In this document: positions 1 to 9,288 of the stretch, one piece after another
Layout of the letters: every line of letters begins with the position of its first letter
Position numbering within the stretch: the stretch's first letter is position 1
Source: Candidatus Woesearchaeota archaeon
GTDB taxonomy: Archaea; Nanobdellota; Nanobdellia; SCGC-AAA011-G17; GW2011-AR18
Reading direction: 5' to 3'
Length of the DNA stretch: 62,948 bases
Assembly (NCBI GenBank): GCA_964344975.1
Contig: CAYFPK010000004.1
Coordinates: 1 to 62,948 of the forward strand
Position numbers and translations under genes: made by a program
The notes under the pieces: generated by a model
Databases searched by the model: none
Seen by the model: only the letters and a program-made list of their open reading frames with translations
Told to the model about the DNA's origin: nothing

Positions 1-87
1 GATTCATTTATAAAGCTTACGGCAGAATCGATAAGTTTATATGGGTTGAGGAACGAGGCAAAAGAAACCACCAAAAAGTAGTGAAAT

Positions 88-468
88 ATGATAGAAAAAA
101 TTATACAAAAGCTTGCAGCAACTAAAGGGCTCAAAGTACATAAAGTACTCACAGAGCAAACAAAAAGAAAAATCTTAGAAAACGAACAAGAACACAATAC
201 AGGAATTCAAGAGACGCTACAAAGACAACACACAATTTTGGTAACACACGACAGCACCTTTCGAGATCCCTTAGGAGAACAAGTAGAACACACAGAGCAA
301 GGCCATTGCTTTCCAGGCCTACCGTTTCCCGAAGTCAACGCCCAAGACGTCATTTCAGGCTCACCTTCATTAGAAGTACACAACTTTCTTCTAGACAAAT
401 ACCAGATACAAAGAACAAGCGAAGATGCAAGCCTACTTATTGGCTTCAATTTAAAAGACAAAGAATAA
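88..468 (+). CDS. hypothetical protein (126 aa)
   Basis: Longest ORF in the region with a purine-rich coding strand. No motif recognised. Confidence 0.35.
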   Translation: MIEKIIQKLAATKGLKVHKVLTEQTKRKILENEQEHNTGIQETLQRQHTILVTHDSTFRDPLGEQVEHTEQGHCFPGLPFPEVNAQDVISGSPSLEVHNFLLDKYQIQRTSEDASLLIGFNLKDKE

Positions 469-903
469 AACAATACCTAACGCAACACCGGCTAAAACAT
501 CCCACAGGTCATGTTTTTGCAAATATAATCGCGAAACACAGATTAAAAAGACAAAGACAAAGAGCAAAAACGTTACATACAAAGAGCCAAAAGATTCCAT
601 AAAAAACAAACCTAGCCCAGTCGCACGCACAGCATGTAAGCTGGGAAATGATGAAGAATCTATTTTTTCAAACACATTAGAGTAAGCTTCTTTTTTAGGA
701 CGCGGTTTAAAATGTAAAAAACGTATAGTAGCTACAATTGCATACGCTAAAAGTAAAAACCCAAAGAGACGTAAAGCAAAAGTAACTTCATCTAAAGCAA
801 AAACTAATGCAAGCACAAACAAGAAAAAGGGTAGAGCACCAAAGCTAGTAACATCTCGAAAAACAACATCAGCAATAGATTTAGCAGTAAAACGCATAAG
901 CAA
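451..903 (-). CDS. PAP2-family (type 2 phosphatidic acid/undecaprenyl-PP phosphatase-like) membrane protein
   Basis: Multi-TM protein carrying the three PAP2 motifs in order: RFLHFKPRP (K/Rx6RP), PSLH (PSGH) and SRLYLQKHDLWD (SRx5Hx3D). Confidence 0.75.
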   Translation of the reverse strand: MLMRFTAKSIADVVFRDVTSFGALPFFLFVLALVFALDEVTFALRLFGFLLLAYAIVATIRFLHFKPRPKKEAYSNVFEKIDSSSFPSLHAVRATGLGLFFMESFGSLYVTFLLFVFVFLICVSRLYLQKHDLWDVLAGVALGIVLFFVF

Positions 904-968
904 GTAATAAAGGTATCACATAAAAACCTATCCATAAGAATTAAATACCCAAAAAAACAAAAAGCCCT

Positions 969-1163
969 ATGCTCACAGAAAAAGAAAGGCAAACGCTCAA
1001 CCAGATAGCACAAGGCAACACAGAACACAGTGACGACCTTATCATCCAACTAGGTGCAAAAGGCTGCATTGAAGTAGAACTACCCAATGGCAAGCCAGAG
1101 GTGAGAAAAATAACAAGAAAAGGGCAAGAGGAGTTAGCAGACAACGCATGGTTAGAAAGTTAG
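969..1163 (+). CDS. small hypothetical protein (64 aa)
   Basis: ORF overlaps the start of the next + strand gene by 16 nt, suggesting coupling. No family recognised. Confidence 0.3.
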   Translation: MLTEKERQTLNQIAQGNTEHSDDLIIQLGAKGCIEVELPNGKPEVRKITRKGQEELADNAWLES

Positions 1164-1606
1164 AACACTTCGTTGATAAAGCAATCCCCCCGTCCTTAGT
1201 AGCAATACTAGCAGTACTCATAGCTGAAATTTTCTTCCACCATCAAGTAGAACCATACCATATATTTATAGAAATCATCGATTACACCGTAATTAGCATT
1301 TTTGCAATTGATTTATATTTCAAATACCAAAGACTCAGACAAAAAAACACATTTGTAAAAAAATACTGGATAGAAATAATTGCAATTTTTCCATTCATGT
1401 TATTTTTCAGAACAATTGAACGGTTCATTGCACTTGAGCTAGCTTCACGCGAACTCAAACAAGCACAGATGGCATTACACGAAACCGTTGAAGTATCAAA
1501 AGGGGCAAAGGCAGCAAGAACAGCAAGATTCACAAGACTCCTTCAACCACTGTTAAGAACACCACGACTACTCAAAGCTGTACCGTTTTACGAAAAACCG
1601 CATTAA
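1148..1606 (+). CDS. voltage-sensor-domain-like membrane protein (Ion_trans N-terminal half only, no pore)
   Basis: S1-S3-like TM helices (IIDYTVISIFAIDLYFKY, WIEIIAIFPFMLFF) followed by an S4-like basic segment RTARFTRLLQPLLRTPRLLK with Arg/Lys at roughly every third position. The ORF ends before any pore helix or selectivity filter. Confidence 0.5.
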   Translation: MVRKLEHFVDKAIPPSLVAILAVLIAEIFFHHQVEPYHIFIEIIDYTVISIFAIDLYFKYQRLRQKNTFVKKYWIEIIAIFPFMLFFRTIERFIALELASRELKQAQMALHETVEVSKGAKAARTARFTRLLQPLLRTPRLLKAVPFYEKPH

Positions 1607-1848
1607 AAATCAAGACGTTGAGGCGAGTGGGCACGATAAATAATATCTTGCCAACGAGCTTTATGAACATAGCCACCATTTGCAGGTTGATTTAAGCAAA
1701 GCACTTCAACACCTGAAAATCCAAGTAGACAAGAAAATTCTTCAGGGCGCACAGGCAAATCATCTTCACCCATGGCAAACGCATAGGCTGCAAAATGCTC
1801 TTCAGTAAGAAGACCAGAAGAGAGATCTACTTCTTTTTTCCTTTCCAT
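1603..1848 (-). CDS. hypothetical protein (81 aa)
   Basis: ORF directly downstream of and overlapping the stomatin-like gene. No TM segment and no NfeD features. Confidence 0.3.
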   Translation of the reverse strand: MERKKEVDLSSGLLTEEHFAAYAFAMGEDDLPVRPEEFSCLLGFSGVEVLCLNQPANGGYVHKARWQDIIYRAHSPQRLDF

Positions 1849-2573
1849 GCTTCAAGAAACTCCAAAGGAATCGGAAACAAGATCGTTTTGTTCTGATCCG
1901 AGCTCACCTCATTGATAGTTTGCAAGGTACGCAGATGCAAAGCCCCATTAGAAGCAGCAAGCATCTTAGCAGCTTTTGCCATGTCTTTAGCAGCAATAAC
2001 TTCCCCACTCGCTTTAATAATCACTGCACGCTTTTCACGTTCAGCCTCAGCTTCTTTACTAATAACCCGTTTCAAGTCAGCAGGAAGCTCAACATCTTTA
2101 AGTTCAATTTTATCAACGATAATACCCCAAGGATCCGTGTCAGCATCAACAATTTTTTGAATTTGACGAGAAATTTTTTCACGGTTCTGCAAAATCTCAT
2201 CTAAAGTAAATTCACCAATAATGTTACGCATGGTAGTTTGTGCAATTTGTGAAACAGCATACCGATAATGTTCCACCTCAAGAATAGCCTTCTCAGCATG
2301 ACGTACATTATAGTATAAAACAGCATTTACCTTTAAAGAAACATTATCCTTAGAAATACATTCTTGTGAGGGCACATCTACAGCTTTGACACGCAAATCT
2401 ACTCGCTGCCAAGATTGGATGATAGGAATAACCATCCGCAAACCAGGCGGCATAACACCCACGTACTTACCTAAGGTAAATTTTACTCCACGCTCATATT
2501 CTTTAACGATACGCAGTGAGAAAAGAACAACAAAGAAAACAAGAAAGGTTAACCAGTATAACATACAAAACAC
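1827..2573 (-). CDS. SPFH/band-7 (stomatin/prohibitin-like) membrane protein
   Basis: N-terminal TM helix followed by IVKEYERGVKFTLGKY...RVDLRV...ISKDNV...VNAVLYY, typical of stomatin-type SPFH domains. The alternative Met at 2564 fits a leaderless start. Confidence 0.85.
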   Translation of the reverse strand: MFCMLYWLTFLVFFVVLFSLRIVKEYERGVKFTLGKYVGVMPPGLRMVIPIIQSWQRVDLRVKAVDVPSQECISKDNVSLKVNAVLYYNVRHAEKAILEVEHYRYAVSQIAQTTMRNIIGEFTLDEILQNREKISRQIQKIVDADTDPWGIIVDKIELKDVELPADLKRVISKEAEAEREKRAVIIKASGEVIAAKDMAKAAKMLAASNGALHLRTLQTINEVSSDQNKTILFPIPLEFLEAWKGKKK

Positions 2574-2586
2574 AAGAGAAAAGAGT

Positions 2587-2599
2587 TATTTAAAGCTTA
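2587..2599 (-). promoter_or_regulatory. BRE/TATA-like promoter (AAGCTTTAAATAA on minus strand) for the stomatin-like gene
   Basis: AT-rich TATA element about 20-25 nt upstream of the first Met codons (2573/2564). The same motif recurs before other first genes in the window. Confidence 0.5.
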
Positions 2600-2995
2600 T
2601 GCAACAGAAGCAAGCAAAGTATGCATTTGCTGCTGTAAAGAAGCAATTTCAGCGGCAACATCACTCACTCCACCGACAAGCTCTTCAATCTGTGCAGCTA
2701 AAGTTTCCTGCGCTGCATCCGGCGTTTTAGTTACAGCAACACCTGCACCGACACGTAAAACAACAGAATCTATTTTACCAAGACCACCTTTTACAAGCAA
2801 CCCCGTAGCAAGCGGCATTAAAATCTCAGCACCTTCAGGTTGAGAAGCTAAAACACGTAAACTCTCTTGCACCTGTTGCAACACACCGATGTGCGCTTGC
2901 ATTTCAGCATGATACTGTTGTAACTGTTGCAGTTGTGTGGTTAAAAGTTGATACTGAAAAACTAATTGTTGTTGTTGATCTGGCGAAACACTCAT
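2597..2995 (-). CDS. pfdA: prefoldin alpha subunit
   Basis: Q/L-rich N- and C-terminal coiled coils flank a double beta-hairpin core (ILMPLATGLLVKG...VVLRVGAGVAVTKTPDAA), as in archaeal PfdA. Confidence 0.7.
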   Translation of the reverse strand: MSVSPDQQQQLVFQYQLLTTQLQQLQQYHAEMQAHIGVLQQVQESLRVLASQPEGAEILMPLATGLLVKGGLGKIDSVVLRVGAGVAVTKTPDAAQETLAAQIEELVGGVSDVAAEIASLQQQMHTLLASVA

Positions 2996-3387
2996 TTCTT
3001 AGCAGCTTTTTTTGTAGATTTTTTAACAGTCTTCTTGGTAGTTTTTTTAGAAGAAGCCTTTTTTTCTTTAACGACATCTTTGGACTTATCTCGAGCCTTA
3101 CGCTTACGAGTAGCCCTAACACCTTTAGCTTTTTTAGTAGCTTTTTTCTTAGGTAAAACTACAGCAAACCCTTCCTTTGCAAGTGCTGCGACAACATCCT
3201 TTTGTGAAGCACCTTTTTTCACAGTAATTTTTTTAGATAAAAAAGTAATATGAGCAACATTACATTTGCGAGAACGTACAGCACAAGAAAACTCAACAAA
3301 CCCAGCATCTAAGTCAGCAACAACAACACCGATAGATCCAGCATCACGTCCAGCAATCTTCATACCCACTTGACCAACTAAACTCAT
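2992..3387 (-). CDS. rpl14e: 50S ribosomal protein L14e with lysine-rich C-terminal tail
   Basis: KOW-like N-terminus (GQVGMKIAGRDAGSIGVVV) as in L14e. Adjacent to L34e, as in many archaea. The C-terminal ~50 aa are K/A/T-rich. Confidence 0.8.
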   Translation of the reverse strand: MSLVGQVGMKIAGRDAGSIGVVVADLDAGFVEFSCAVRSRKCNVAHITFLSKKITVKKGASQKDVVAALAKEGFAVVLPKKKATKKAKGVRATRKRKARDKSKDVVKEKKASSKKTTKKTVKKSTKKAAKK

Positions 3388-3659
3388 TGCATCATCCCCC
3401 GAGCTTTATTCACCATCTCAGCACGCGTGCAAGAGGAACACAGTACACCACCATAAGGACGTTGAGGACGTTTTTTAGTTTTAGCTAAATTCTTAAACTT
3501 TGAAGAAAGTAAATGCGGAATACCAGGTAATCGAGTACCACAACCACCACAAACGTGACGTCCAGGCTTACGTAAACGATACGTACGCACAGTCTTCCCG
3601 CCGGGCGTCTTAACAAAAACACGACGTTTTGAACGCGATTTTAAGCTTCCCGCAACCAT
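3384..3659 (-). CDS. rpl34e: 50S ribosomal protein L34e
   Basis: RSKRRVFVKTPGGKTVRTYRLRKPGRHVCGGCG...CSSC, the L34e zinc-ribbon signature. Start set at the internal Met (MVAGSLKSR); the upstream 44 codons of the track ORF are hydrophobic and unlike L34e. Confidence 0.85.
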   Translation of the reverse strand: MVAGSLKSRSKRRVFVKTPGGKTVRTYRLRKPGRHVCGGCGTRLPGIPHLLSSKFKNLAKTKKRPQRPYGGVLCSSCTRAEMVNKARGMMQ

Positions 3660-3833
3660 ACGAAGAGCAAACTCAGTGCATTTATAAGCGTTGTGGCAAG
3701 AGTTTATCAAAAAAGCAAAGATCCATGTTAGAACAATAACGATAAGCCTCCTAAGGACCAAAGAAAACCATTTATAAAATATAACAACCAAAGAAGAGAA
3801 AAATACTTAAAGCTAGTATCCAAGAAAAAAGTC

Positions 3834-4754
3834 ATGCCTGACACAGAGAGAAGACTAGACCAGCAGCAACTAGAAGCGATAAATTTCTTATGGTTAGAGC
3901 TAACAAACAGCTGCAACCTCGAGTGTACGCACTGTTACTCAGATTCAAACCCAGAAAAAGCAGTTTTAGGATCAATAACAGAGCAAGATTGGATCAAAAC
4001 ACTCAAGGAGGCAGAAGAGCTAGGTTGTAGAAAGGTCCAATTCATAGGTGGCGAACCAACCATGCACCCGTCGCTAAACAGATTGATAGAAGCAGCAGAC
4101 GATTTAGGATACGAATACATTGAAGTATTTACCAACGGCTCATTACTCAATGACAGAAGATTAGACGAATTAGAAAGACACAACGTCCGGCTAGCGTTCT
4201 CTATGTATGGGTCCAATGCTCAAGTGCACGACAGCATAACAAGAAGAAAGGGAAGCTTTGAAAGAACATTCAAAGCAATTAACAATGCAACAAGAAGAGG
4301 GCTTGAAGTACGTGTTGGCATAGTAGGTATGCCCGAAAACAAAGATGATATCGAAGCAACAAAAGAACTTCTACAAAAAGCAGGAGTCGAAAAAGTCAGT
4401 GACGACTACGTCAGGGGCATTGGCAGAGGAGAAACATACATCACAGACATAGGAAACCCCAAGGATGAGCTATGTGGCTGGTGTTGGAATGCAAAACTTG
4501 TCGTTGACCCAGACGGAACAGTGTATCCGTGTGTACTCTCACGAGCCTACCCTATGGGAAATATCACAGAAGGACTTGGAGAAATTCTAAGCAGTGAAAG
4601 GCTATGGGATTTCAGACAAGAGATATTTGCAAAAAAATATGAAGGTCCCTGTGGCTCATGTGTTCCAGACAGTTGCAAGCCAGACTGTATCCCAGTAGAG
4701 GATCCTGGACCTTGCTACGCGCCCAAAAACAAAGAAGAGCAACTTCTTCACTAA
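3834..4754 (+). CDS. radical SAM enzyme with C-terminal SPASM/twitch-type auxiliary cluster domain
   Basis: CNLECTHCY (Cx3Cx2C), the GGEP motif (FIGGEPTM), then CGWCWNAKLVVDPDGTVYPC (Gx4C) and CGSCVPDSCKPDC...PC cysteine clusters. Confidence 0.85.
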   Translation: MPDTERRLDQQQLEAINFLWLELTNSCNLECTHCYSDSNPEKAVLGSITEQDWIKTLKEAEELGCRKVQFIGGEPTMHPSLNRLIEAADDLGYEYIEVFTNGSLLNDRRLDELERHNVRLAFSMYGSNAQVHDSITRRKGSFERTFKAINNATRRGLEVRVGIVGMPENKDDIEATKELLQKAGVEKVSDDYVRGIGRGETYITDIGNPKDELCGWCWNAKLVVDPDGTVYPCVLSRAYPMGNITEGLGEILSSERLWDFRQEIFAKKYEGPCGSCVPDSCKPDCIPVEDPGPCYAPKNKEEQLLH

Positions 4755-4759
4755 AAAAT

Positions 4760-5197
4760 CTAATGCACTTTAAGCAACTTACGTAACACAATGCTAAACA
4801 CAATACTAAAAATAATATACGAGCCAAGCCAACCAAAGATCCAAAAAATGTCACCAACACCTTCGTAAGCAGTACGTAACCACGCAAACACTAAGATAAT
4901 AGGAAGCATGGTAATAAGCATGGGTTTCAGAGTCTGCATCATCATCTTCATTTGCAACTCCATCATTTCCGACTGCTTTTTTTTCAAAGCTTCCATATCA
5001 CCAGAAAGACCTTTCATTTCTTTTTGCATTTTCTTGGTACGTTCTTTAATAGACTGTAACAAATGTTGATCAGTAAAATGTTTGTAAGCAAGAGTAATAA
5101 GCAAAGTCAAAACAAAAGCAACAAAAACTACACCAAAAAGTGGATCAATTGCAATCGCCCATCCAAACAATGCATCAAATAATCCATCAAACACCAT
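4760..5197 (-). CDS. DUF106/EMC3-TMCO1-like membrane protein (archaeal Oxa1/YidC-superfamily insertase candidate)
   Basis: TM1, then a charged coiled-coil hairpin (KERTKKMQKEMKGL...MMELQMKMMMQT), then two more TM helices. Sits immediately downstream of secY, as the MJ0480 family does in archaeal spc operons. Confidence 0.7.
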   Translation of the reverse strand: MVFDGLFDALFGWAIAIDPLFGVVFVAFVLTLLITLAYKHFTDQHLLQSIKERTKKMQKEMKGLSGDMEALKKKQSEMMELQMKMMMQTLKPMLITMLPIILVFAWLRTAYEGVGDIFWIFGWLGSYIIFSIVFSIVLRKLLKVH

Positions 5198-5199
5198 CT

Positions 5200-6618
5200 T
5201 TATCCACCCATCATTTTACGAAGTGAAGGATGTAAATCCATCATATGTTGCTTTGCAACTTCTTCATATAACCTATAAATAATCATAACAGCCAAAAGAA
5301 TACCAGTACCTCGAGAAAGAGCACCTAACACATCAGCAGCTGCAGCTAAAATACCAATCGCAACACCACCCATGACACTTAACGGCGTAATGTAACGATC
5401 AAGTAAATGTTCAACGACCCGCGTATCTTTACGAAACCCGGGAACTTGGAAACCTGAAGCCATAATTTTTTTAGCTTGCGACTTAGAATCCATACCCGCA
5501 CTCTGCACCCAGAACACAGAAAAAATAACCGAACCGACAATTAAAAAAATCATATAAACAAAGGCGTGCGTAAAATCATTATTCCACCACGAAGCAAAAC
5601 TAATCGAACCGGTTAAAATATTCTGTACCAAGTTCGGATACGCAACCCATTGTACCAAACCACTAGCTGGCACTTGCCCTTGGAAGGTACCAAGAATAGG
5701 AAAACCCCAATTTTGTAACAACCGCGCCCATAACTGCACGTTAGCCATTAAAGCGGCAACTAAGATTACCGGAATGTTCGAGGTATACAAAAAATGCAAC
5801 GGCCATCTAAACCCATATCCACGCACACGACCAAAGGTAAGAGGAATCTCCACCTTCATCGCTTGCGCATACACACTCATCGCAAAAACAATCACCGTAG
5901 CAAGGATACTCACAATAGCAAGCAAAGCAGTTTGCGGATCCCCACCAACTAAAGATAAAAACAACACCCAGACAGCACCGATCGGCGCTTGCGCAGAACC
6001 AAACGCCCAAGTTCCAAGACTTGATAATGGACTAAACGCGGTAACCATAATTTGTGCAGAAACCCCTGCAGCAATGAAAAGACTAACTCCAGAACCAAAC
6101 CCGTATTTGTTAACAATGTCATCCATCAACAATATAATAAAACCACCTAAGGCAAGCTGCGCGACTAACACAAGCTGCATGGTAAAATACGCGCTAGTGC
6201 CTTGCAACGCAGCAGCAGGAGCAAGACCACCCATAAAAACGTAAACTACAGCTTCAAAGAAGATGAAAAAGATACTTAACAATTTTTGTAAACCTTGAAA
6301 AAGTACACGACCTTCATGTGTTGTTTGATCAATATTTAAAATACCAGAACCAGACAACAATTGTAAAACAATAGACGCAGTAACAATAGGTCCAATACCT
6401 AAAGAAAGAACCGAACCAAAACTTGCACCTAAAATAATAGAAAGCTGATCAAATTGCGCAAGAGCATTCTCCCCAAGGCCAAATAAAGGAATAATAGAAA
6501 GCACAAAAAACGCAACAAGAATCGCAAACGTCCACTTTACTTTATCCTTAAACGTGATTTTATGCTTCGGTCCACGAATATCCGGGATGTACGAAAGAAC
6601 TTGTTCAACTAGCTTCAT
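5200..6618 (-). CDS. secY: preprotein translocase subunit SecY
   Basis: 10-TM protein in the canonical position after uL15. Start placed at Met16 (MKLVEQVLSYIP), which has a GGGAGGG Shine-Dalgarno-like site about 14 nt upstream. The track ORF extends to 6663. Confidence 0.95.
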   Translation of the reverse strand: MKLVEQVLSYIPDIRGPKHKITFKDKVKWTFAILVAFFVLSIIPLFGLGENALAQFDQLSIILGASFGSVLSLGIGPIVTASIVLQLLSGSGILNIDQTTHEGRVLFQGLQKLLSIFFIFFEAVVYVFMGGLAPAAALQGTSAYFTMQLVLVAQLALGGFIILLMDDIVNKYGFGSGVSLFIAAGVSAQIMVTAFSPLSSLGTWAFGSAQAPIGAVWVLFLSLVGGDPQTALLAIVSILATVIVFAMSVYAQAMKVEIPLTFGRVRGYGFRWPLHFLYTSNIPVILVAALMANVQLWARLLQNWGFPILGTFQGQVPASGLVQWVAYPNLVQNILTGSISFASWWNNDFTHAFVYMIFLIVGSVIFSVFWVQSAGMDSKSQAKKIMASGFQVPGFRKDTRVVEHLLDRYITPLSVMGGVAIGILAAAADVLGALSRGTGILLAVMIIYRLYEEVAKQHMMDLHPSLRKMMGG

Positions 6619-7060
6619 GAGAAACCACAGACCCTCCCGCTTTTTCAATCTTTTGTTTTGCAACAGTAGAAAGAGCAGGAGCGGTTAACTTAATTTTAGA
6701 GCGAATTTGTCCACGACCAAGCAATTTTGTATACCCAAGCGTAACCAAATCAACCACATACACATCACCCTCTTTAGTAACAAGTTGAGCAGCAACATAC
6801 GCATCAAGACGCGCATCAAGATAGTCAAGATTCATGCAAACATGGCTAACTGAACCAGGCACTTTAAACCCTCGACGACCAAAATAAGAGTTACCGAATA
6901 ATTTCAAGATGGTAGGTTTTTTAGTATCAGCACGTTTACCAGAACCTGCCATACCACGCCCACCACGGTGTCCAGCACCACGGTTCTTTTTCATGGAACC
7001 ATACCCGTGCGTCGTATCAGCACGTAACCGTGAATTTTTCTTACGACGTAAAACAACCAT
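6605..7060 (-). CDS. rpl15: 50S ribosomal protein L15 (uL15)
   Basis: GAGHRGGRGMAGSG glycine-rich N-terminus plus operon position. Confidence 0.93.
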   Translation of the reverse strand: MVVLRRKKNSRLRADTTHGYGSMKKNRGAGHRGGRGMAGSGKRADTKKPTILKLFGNSYFGRRGFKVPGSVSHVCMNLDYLDARLDAYVAAQLVTKEGDVYVVDLVTLGYTKLLGRGQIRSKIKLTAPALSTVAKQKIEKAGGSVVSHEAS

Positions 7061-7534
7061 TTACAGCATCCTCACTACAAGATCATTGATAGCATCTTTG
7101 CGATAGCCAAGTGCACCACCAAGACTAAACGGTCGTTTAATACCTGCCCGGTCAAACCCTTTACGTGGCGGCTGCAGTCTAAAGTACGGTTTAACACCAG
7201 GTACTGACGACAAAGATGAACCAGAAGCAAGAGACTTAGCAATACTTGAAAAATCTCCTTGAGCATGTTTTTTAAGATAGGCAGGCGTTAAAGGTTTATT
7301 GCCAGCAACACGTCCACGTTTTTCAAGAAGTGTAGCAATAGTTTCTTCAGAAATATCACCCCAGGTGACATAATCTTTAACGACTAAAAGCATACCCAAA
7401 ATTTGCGGGGTAGCATCCAAAAGAACACACGAGTTCTTACGGTATAAACGTAAACGAGAAAGTGTAGTCCGCACTTTAGCTGAACTACCAAGCACACCTC
7501 GGACCAAAACCACAGCAAGCTTCGCCATAGTCAA
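7061..7534 (-). CDS. rpl30: 50S ribosomal protein L30 (uL30)
   Basis: LAVVLVRG...TLSRLRL uL30 signature; lies between uS5 and uL15; GGGAGGG Shine-Dalgarno site upstream. Confidence 0.92.
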   Translation of the reverse strand: MTMAKLAVVLVRGVLGSSAKVRTTLSRLRLYRKNSCVLLDATPQILGMLLVVKDYVTWGDISEETIATLLEKRGRVAGNKPLTPAYLKKHAQGDFSSIAKSLASGSSLSSVPGVKPYFRLQPPRKGFDRAGIKRPFSLGGALGYRKDAINDLVVRML

Positions 7535-8259
7535 TCAGCCCTCCCAACAACCATGTGCAAACGAGCATCATCGCCCGGTTTTACTTTCACAGCTGACAAG
7601 GATGCTAAAGCATCAAAACAAGCACGAATAAAGTTCAATTTGGTAGGTGTATGCCCAGAACTCTGTGACCAAACATCAGAAATCCCAGCGAGACGTAAGA
7701 TACGCGCACATTCAGGTTCAACACAGAGACCTGTTCCCTGTGGTGCAGGAATAAGACGAACGCGTAATGAACCACACTTACCAGATACAGCAAACGGAAT
7801 CGAGTTGTATCCCGCGGTACGTTGCTCCCAAGAGCCGTTACCACGAACAACACGAATTAGATTTAATTTAGCTTGACGAATAGCTTTCTCTCGTGAAGGA
7901 ACAGTTTCAAGCGCAGCACCATAACCGATACCAACTAAACCATCACCGTTACCAACAACCACACAACTTGCAAACTTAACAGTCTTACCTTCTCGAGTAG
8001 TTTTTTGTGTTTGACGCCAAATGCTACGCTTACCGCCACCAAATTTACCCTTAGATTGACCAACTTGTAAAATATCAACCTCTAAGTTCGGAACTAAAGC
8101 ATCAACAATTTCCGGCTCAAGGATACGTTGCCCAGAAGATAGAATGGTTGCAATATCAGTAATTTCTCCGTTACGTACACGACGACCAAGATCAGTCTTA
8201 GGAACCCACCGCTCTAAGATTTCAGCGGTACTCAAACGTTTATTTTTTCTCATGGCCAT
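7531..8259 (-). CDS. rps5: 30S ribosomal protein S5 (uS5)
   Basis: Archaeal uS5 core (FASCVVVGNGDGLVGIGYG...GTGL) plus operon position. Confidence 0.95.
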   Translation of the reverse strand: MAMRKNKRLSTAEILERWVPKTDLGRRVRNGEITDIATILSSGQRILEPEIVDALVPNLEVDILQVGQSKGKFGGGKRSIWRQTQKTTREGKTVKFASCVVVGNGDGLVGIGYGAALETVPSREKAIRQAKLNLIRVVRGNGSWEQRTAGYNSIPFAVSGKCGSLRVRLIPAPQGTGLCVEPECARILRLAGISDVWSQSSGHTPTKLNFIRACFDALASLSAVKVKPGDDARLHMVVGRAD

Positions 8260-8840
8260 TTTGCTACAATCTTCTCCTTACAAGTCTGAAAATGATCAGC
8301 CAATTTCGAAACATCAACACCCTGCTTCACGTACGCTGAAAACTGACGTTGATATTTAGCCTTATCTGCAGAAAGCAGTGAAGCGTATTGTGAAATTTGT
8401 GTACCGTTGATACGCTCTTCAACAGGAAACGCTTTTTCTGAACAAGGAATACTTAGTCCAGCATCGATGGCACCTTTAACAGCTGCAAAAAATGCTGAAC
8501 CAAGCTTCGGTGAAGCAAGACCCAAGTCAACAATCGCAGAGGTACACTTTTGTGCAACAGCACGCTTTGCAGCTAAAAAACCAACAAGGTACGCTGAAGG
8601 TAAATTTCCTCCGTGACCTTGCCAGCCAAAAAGTTTAGCAACTTCAAAAGAGTTCGCAGAAGCAACAACACGGTCCCCTGCAGGTGAATACGTAATAACT
8701 TGTACAACAAAGCTAGAACAATGTCGACGCACAACAAACCGAGCAGCCCCGCTAGACAAAAGTGCACGACGCTTAGCGTAATTGGTCAAACCCAACCGCT
8801 TACGACGGTACGCTACAGTATACTTTCTATTTTTTGCCAT
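8250..8840 (-). CDS. rpl18: 50S ribosomal protein L18 (uL18)
   Basis: YRRKRLGLTNYAKRRALL N-terminus typical of archaeal uL18/eL5, plus operon position. Confidence 0.93.
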   Translation of the reverse strand: MAKNRKYTVAYRRKRLGLTNYAKRRALLSSGAARFVVRRHCSSFVVQVITYSPAGDRVVASANSFEVAKLFGWQGHGGNLPSAYLVGFLAAKRAVAQKCTSAIVDLGLASPKLGSAFFAAVKGAIDAGLSIPCSEKAFPVEERINGTQISQYASLLSADKAKYQRQFSAYVKQGVDVSKLADHFQTCKEKIVAKWP

Positions 8841-9288
8841 GTTGTGTAACCAACCCTTTCTCTGTTATGAATAATTGCAAGTGACGCTTACTACGAAAAA
8901 AGCCACCCTTAACTCGTGAACGTAACTGCGAATAAACTGCAGGTGAAACAAGATTCTTTGATTTAAGCGTTTGTAAAAAACGCCGTTGCACACGCACTTT
9001 GTTAATCCAAAGACGTTTTGAAGATAAACGCGCGGTAGCTCGACCGCTGCGAGAACCTGACCCTTGACGACGACCCTTACGACGTTGTACAAGCAACTTT
9101 CTTGCTCGAAAACGAGAAACGCCTGATTTAGGTGCAGCAGAGATAGCACCATCAGCAACTAAGAGACGAAGATCCTGTTTAGTGATAGCTTCTTTAATGT
9201 CAGCCAAACGTTCAGGATTAAAAACGACACGATGAAGACCACAGTTAAGCACAGCCGCAGCAAGACGCCGTTGAACACGTAACTTCAT
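8827..9288 (-). CDS. rpl19e: 50S ribosomal protein L19e
   Basis: MKLRVQRRLAAAVLNCG...VRFNPE L19e signature; AGGAGG Shine-Dalgarno site upstream. Confidence 0.95.
   Translation of the reverse strand: MKLRVQRRLAAAVLNCGLHRVVFNPERLADIKEAITKQDLRLLVADGAISAAPKSGVSRFRARKLLVQRRKGRRQGSGSRSGRATARLSSKRLWINKVRVQRRFLQTLKSKNLVSPAVYSQLRSRVKGGFFRSKRHLQLFITEKGLVTQHGKK

Noticed and set aside
1603-1848. NfeD-like partner of the stomatin gene
   Set aside because: The downstream overlapping ORF has no TM helices, no ClpP-like domain and no OB-fold NfeD features. It is kept only as hypothetical.
3660-3791. 44-codon N-terminal extension of the L34e ORF in the track
   Set aside because: The extension is hydrophobic and unlike L34e. 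The conserved L34e sequence begins right after the internal Met at 3659.
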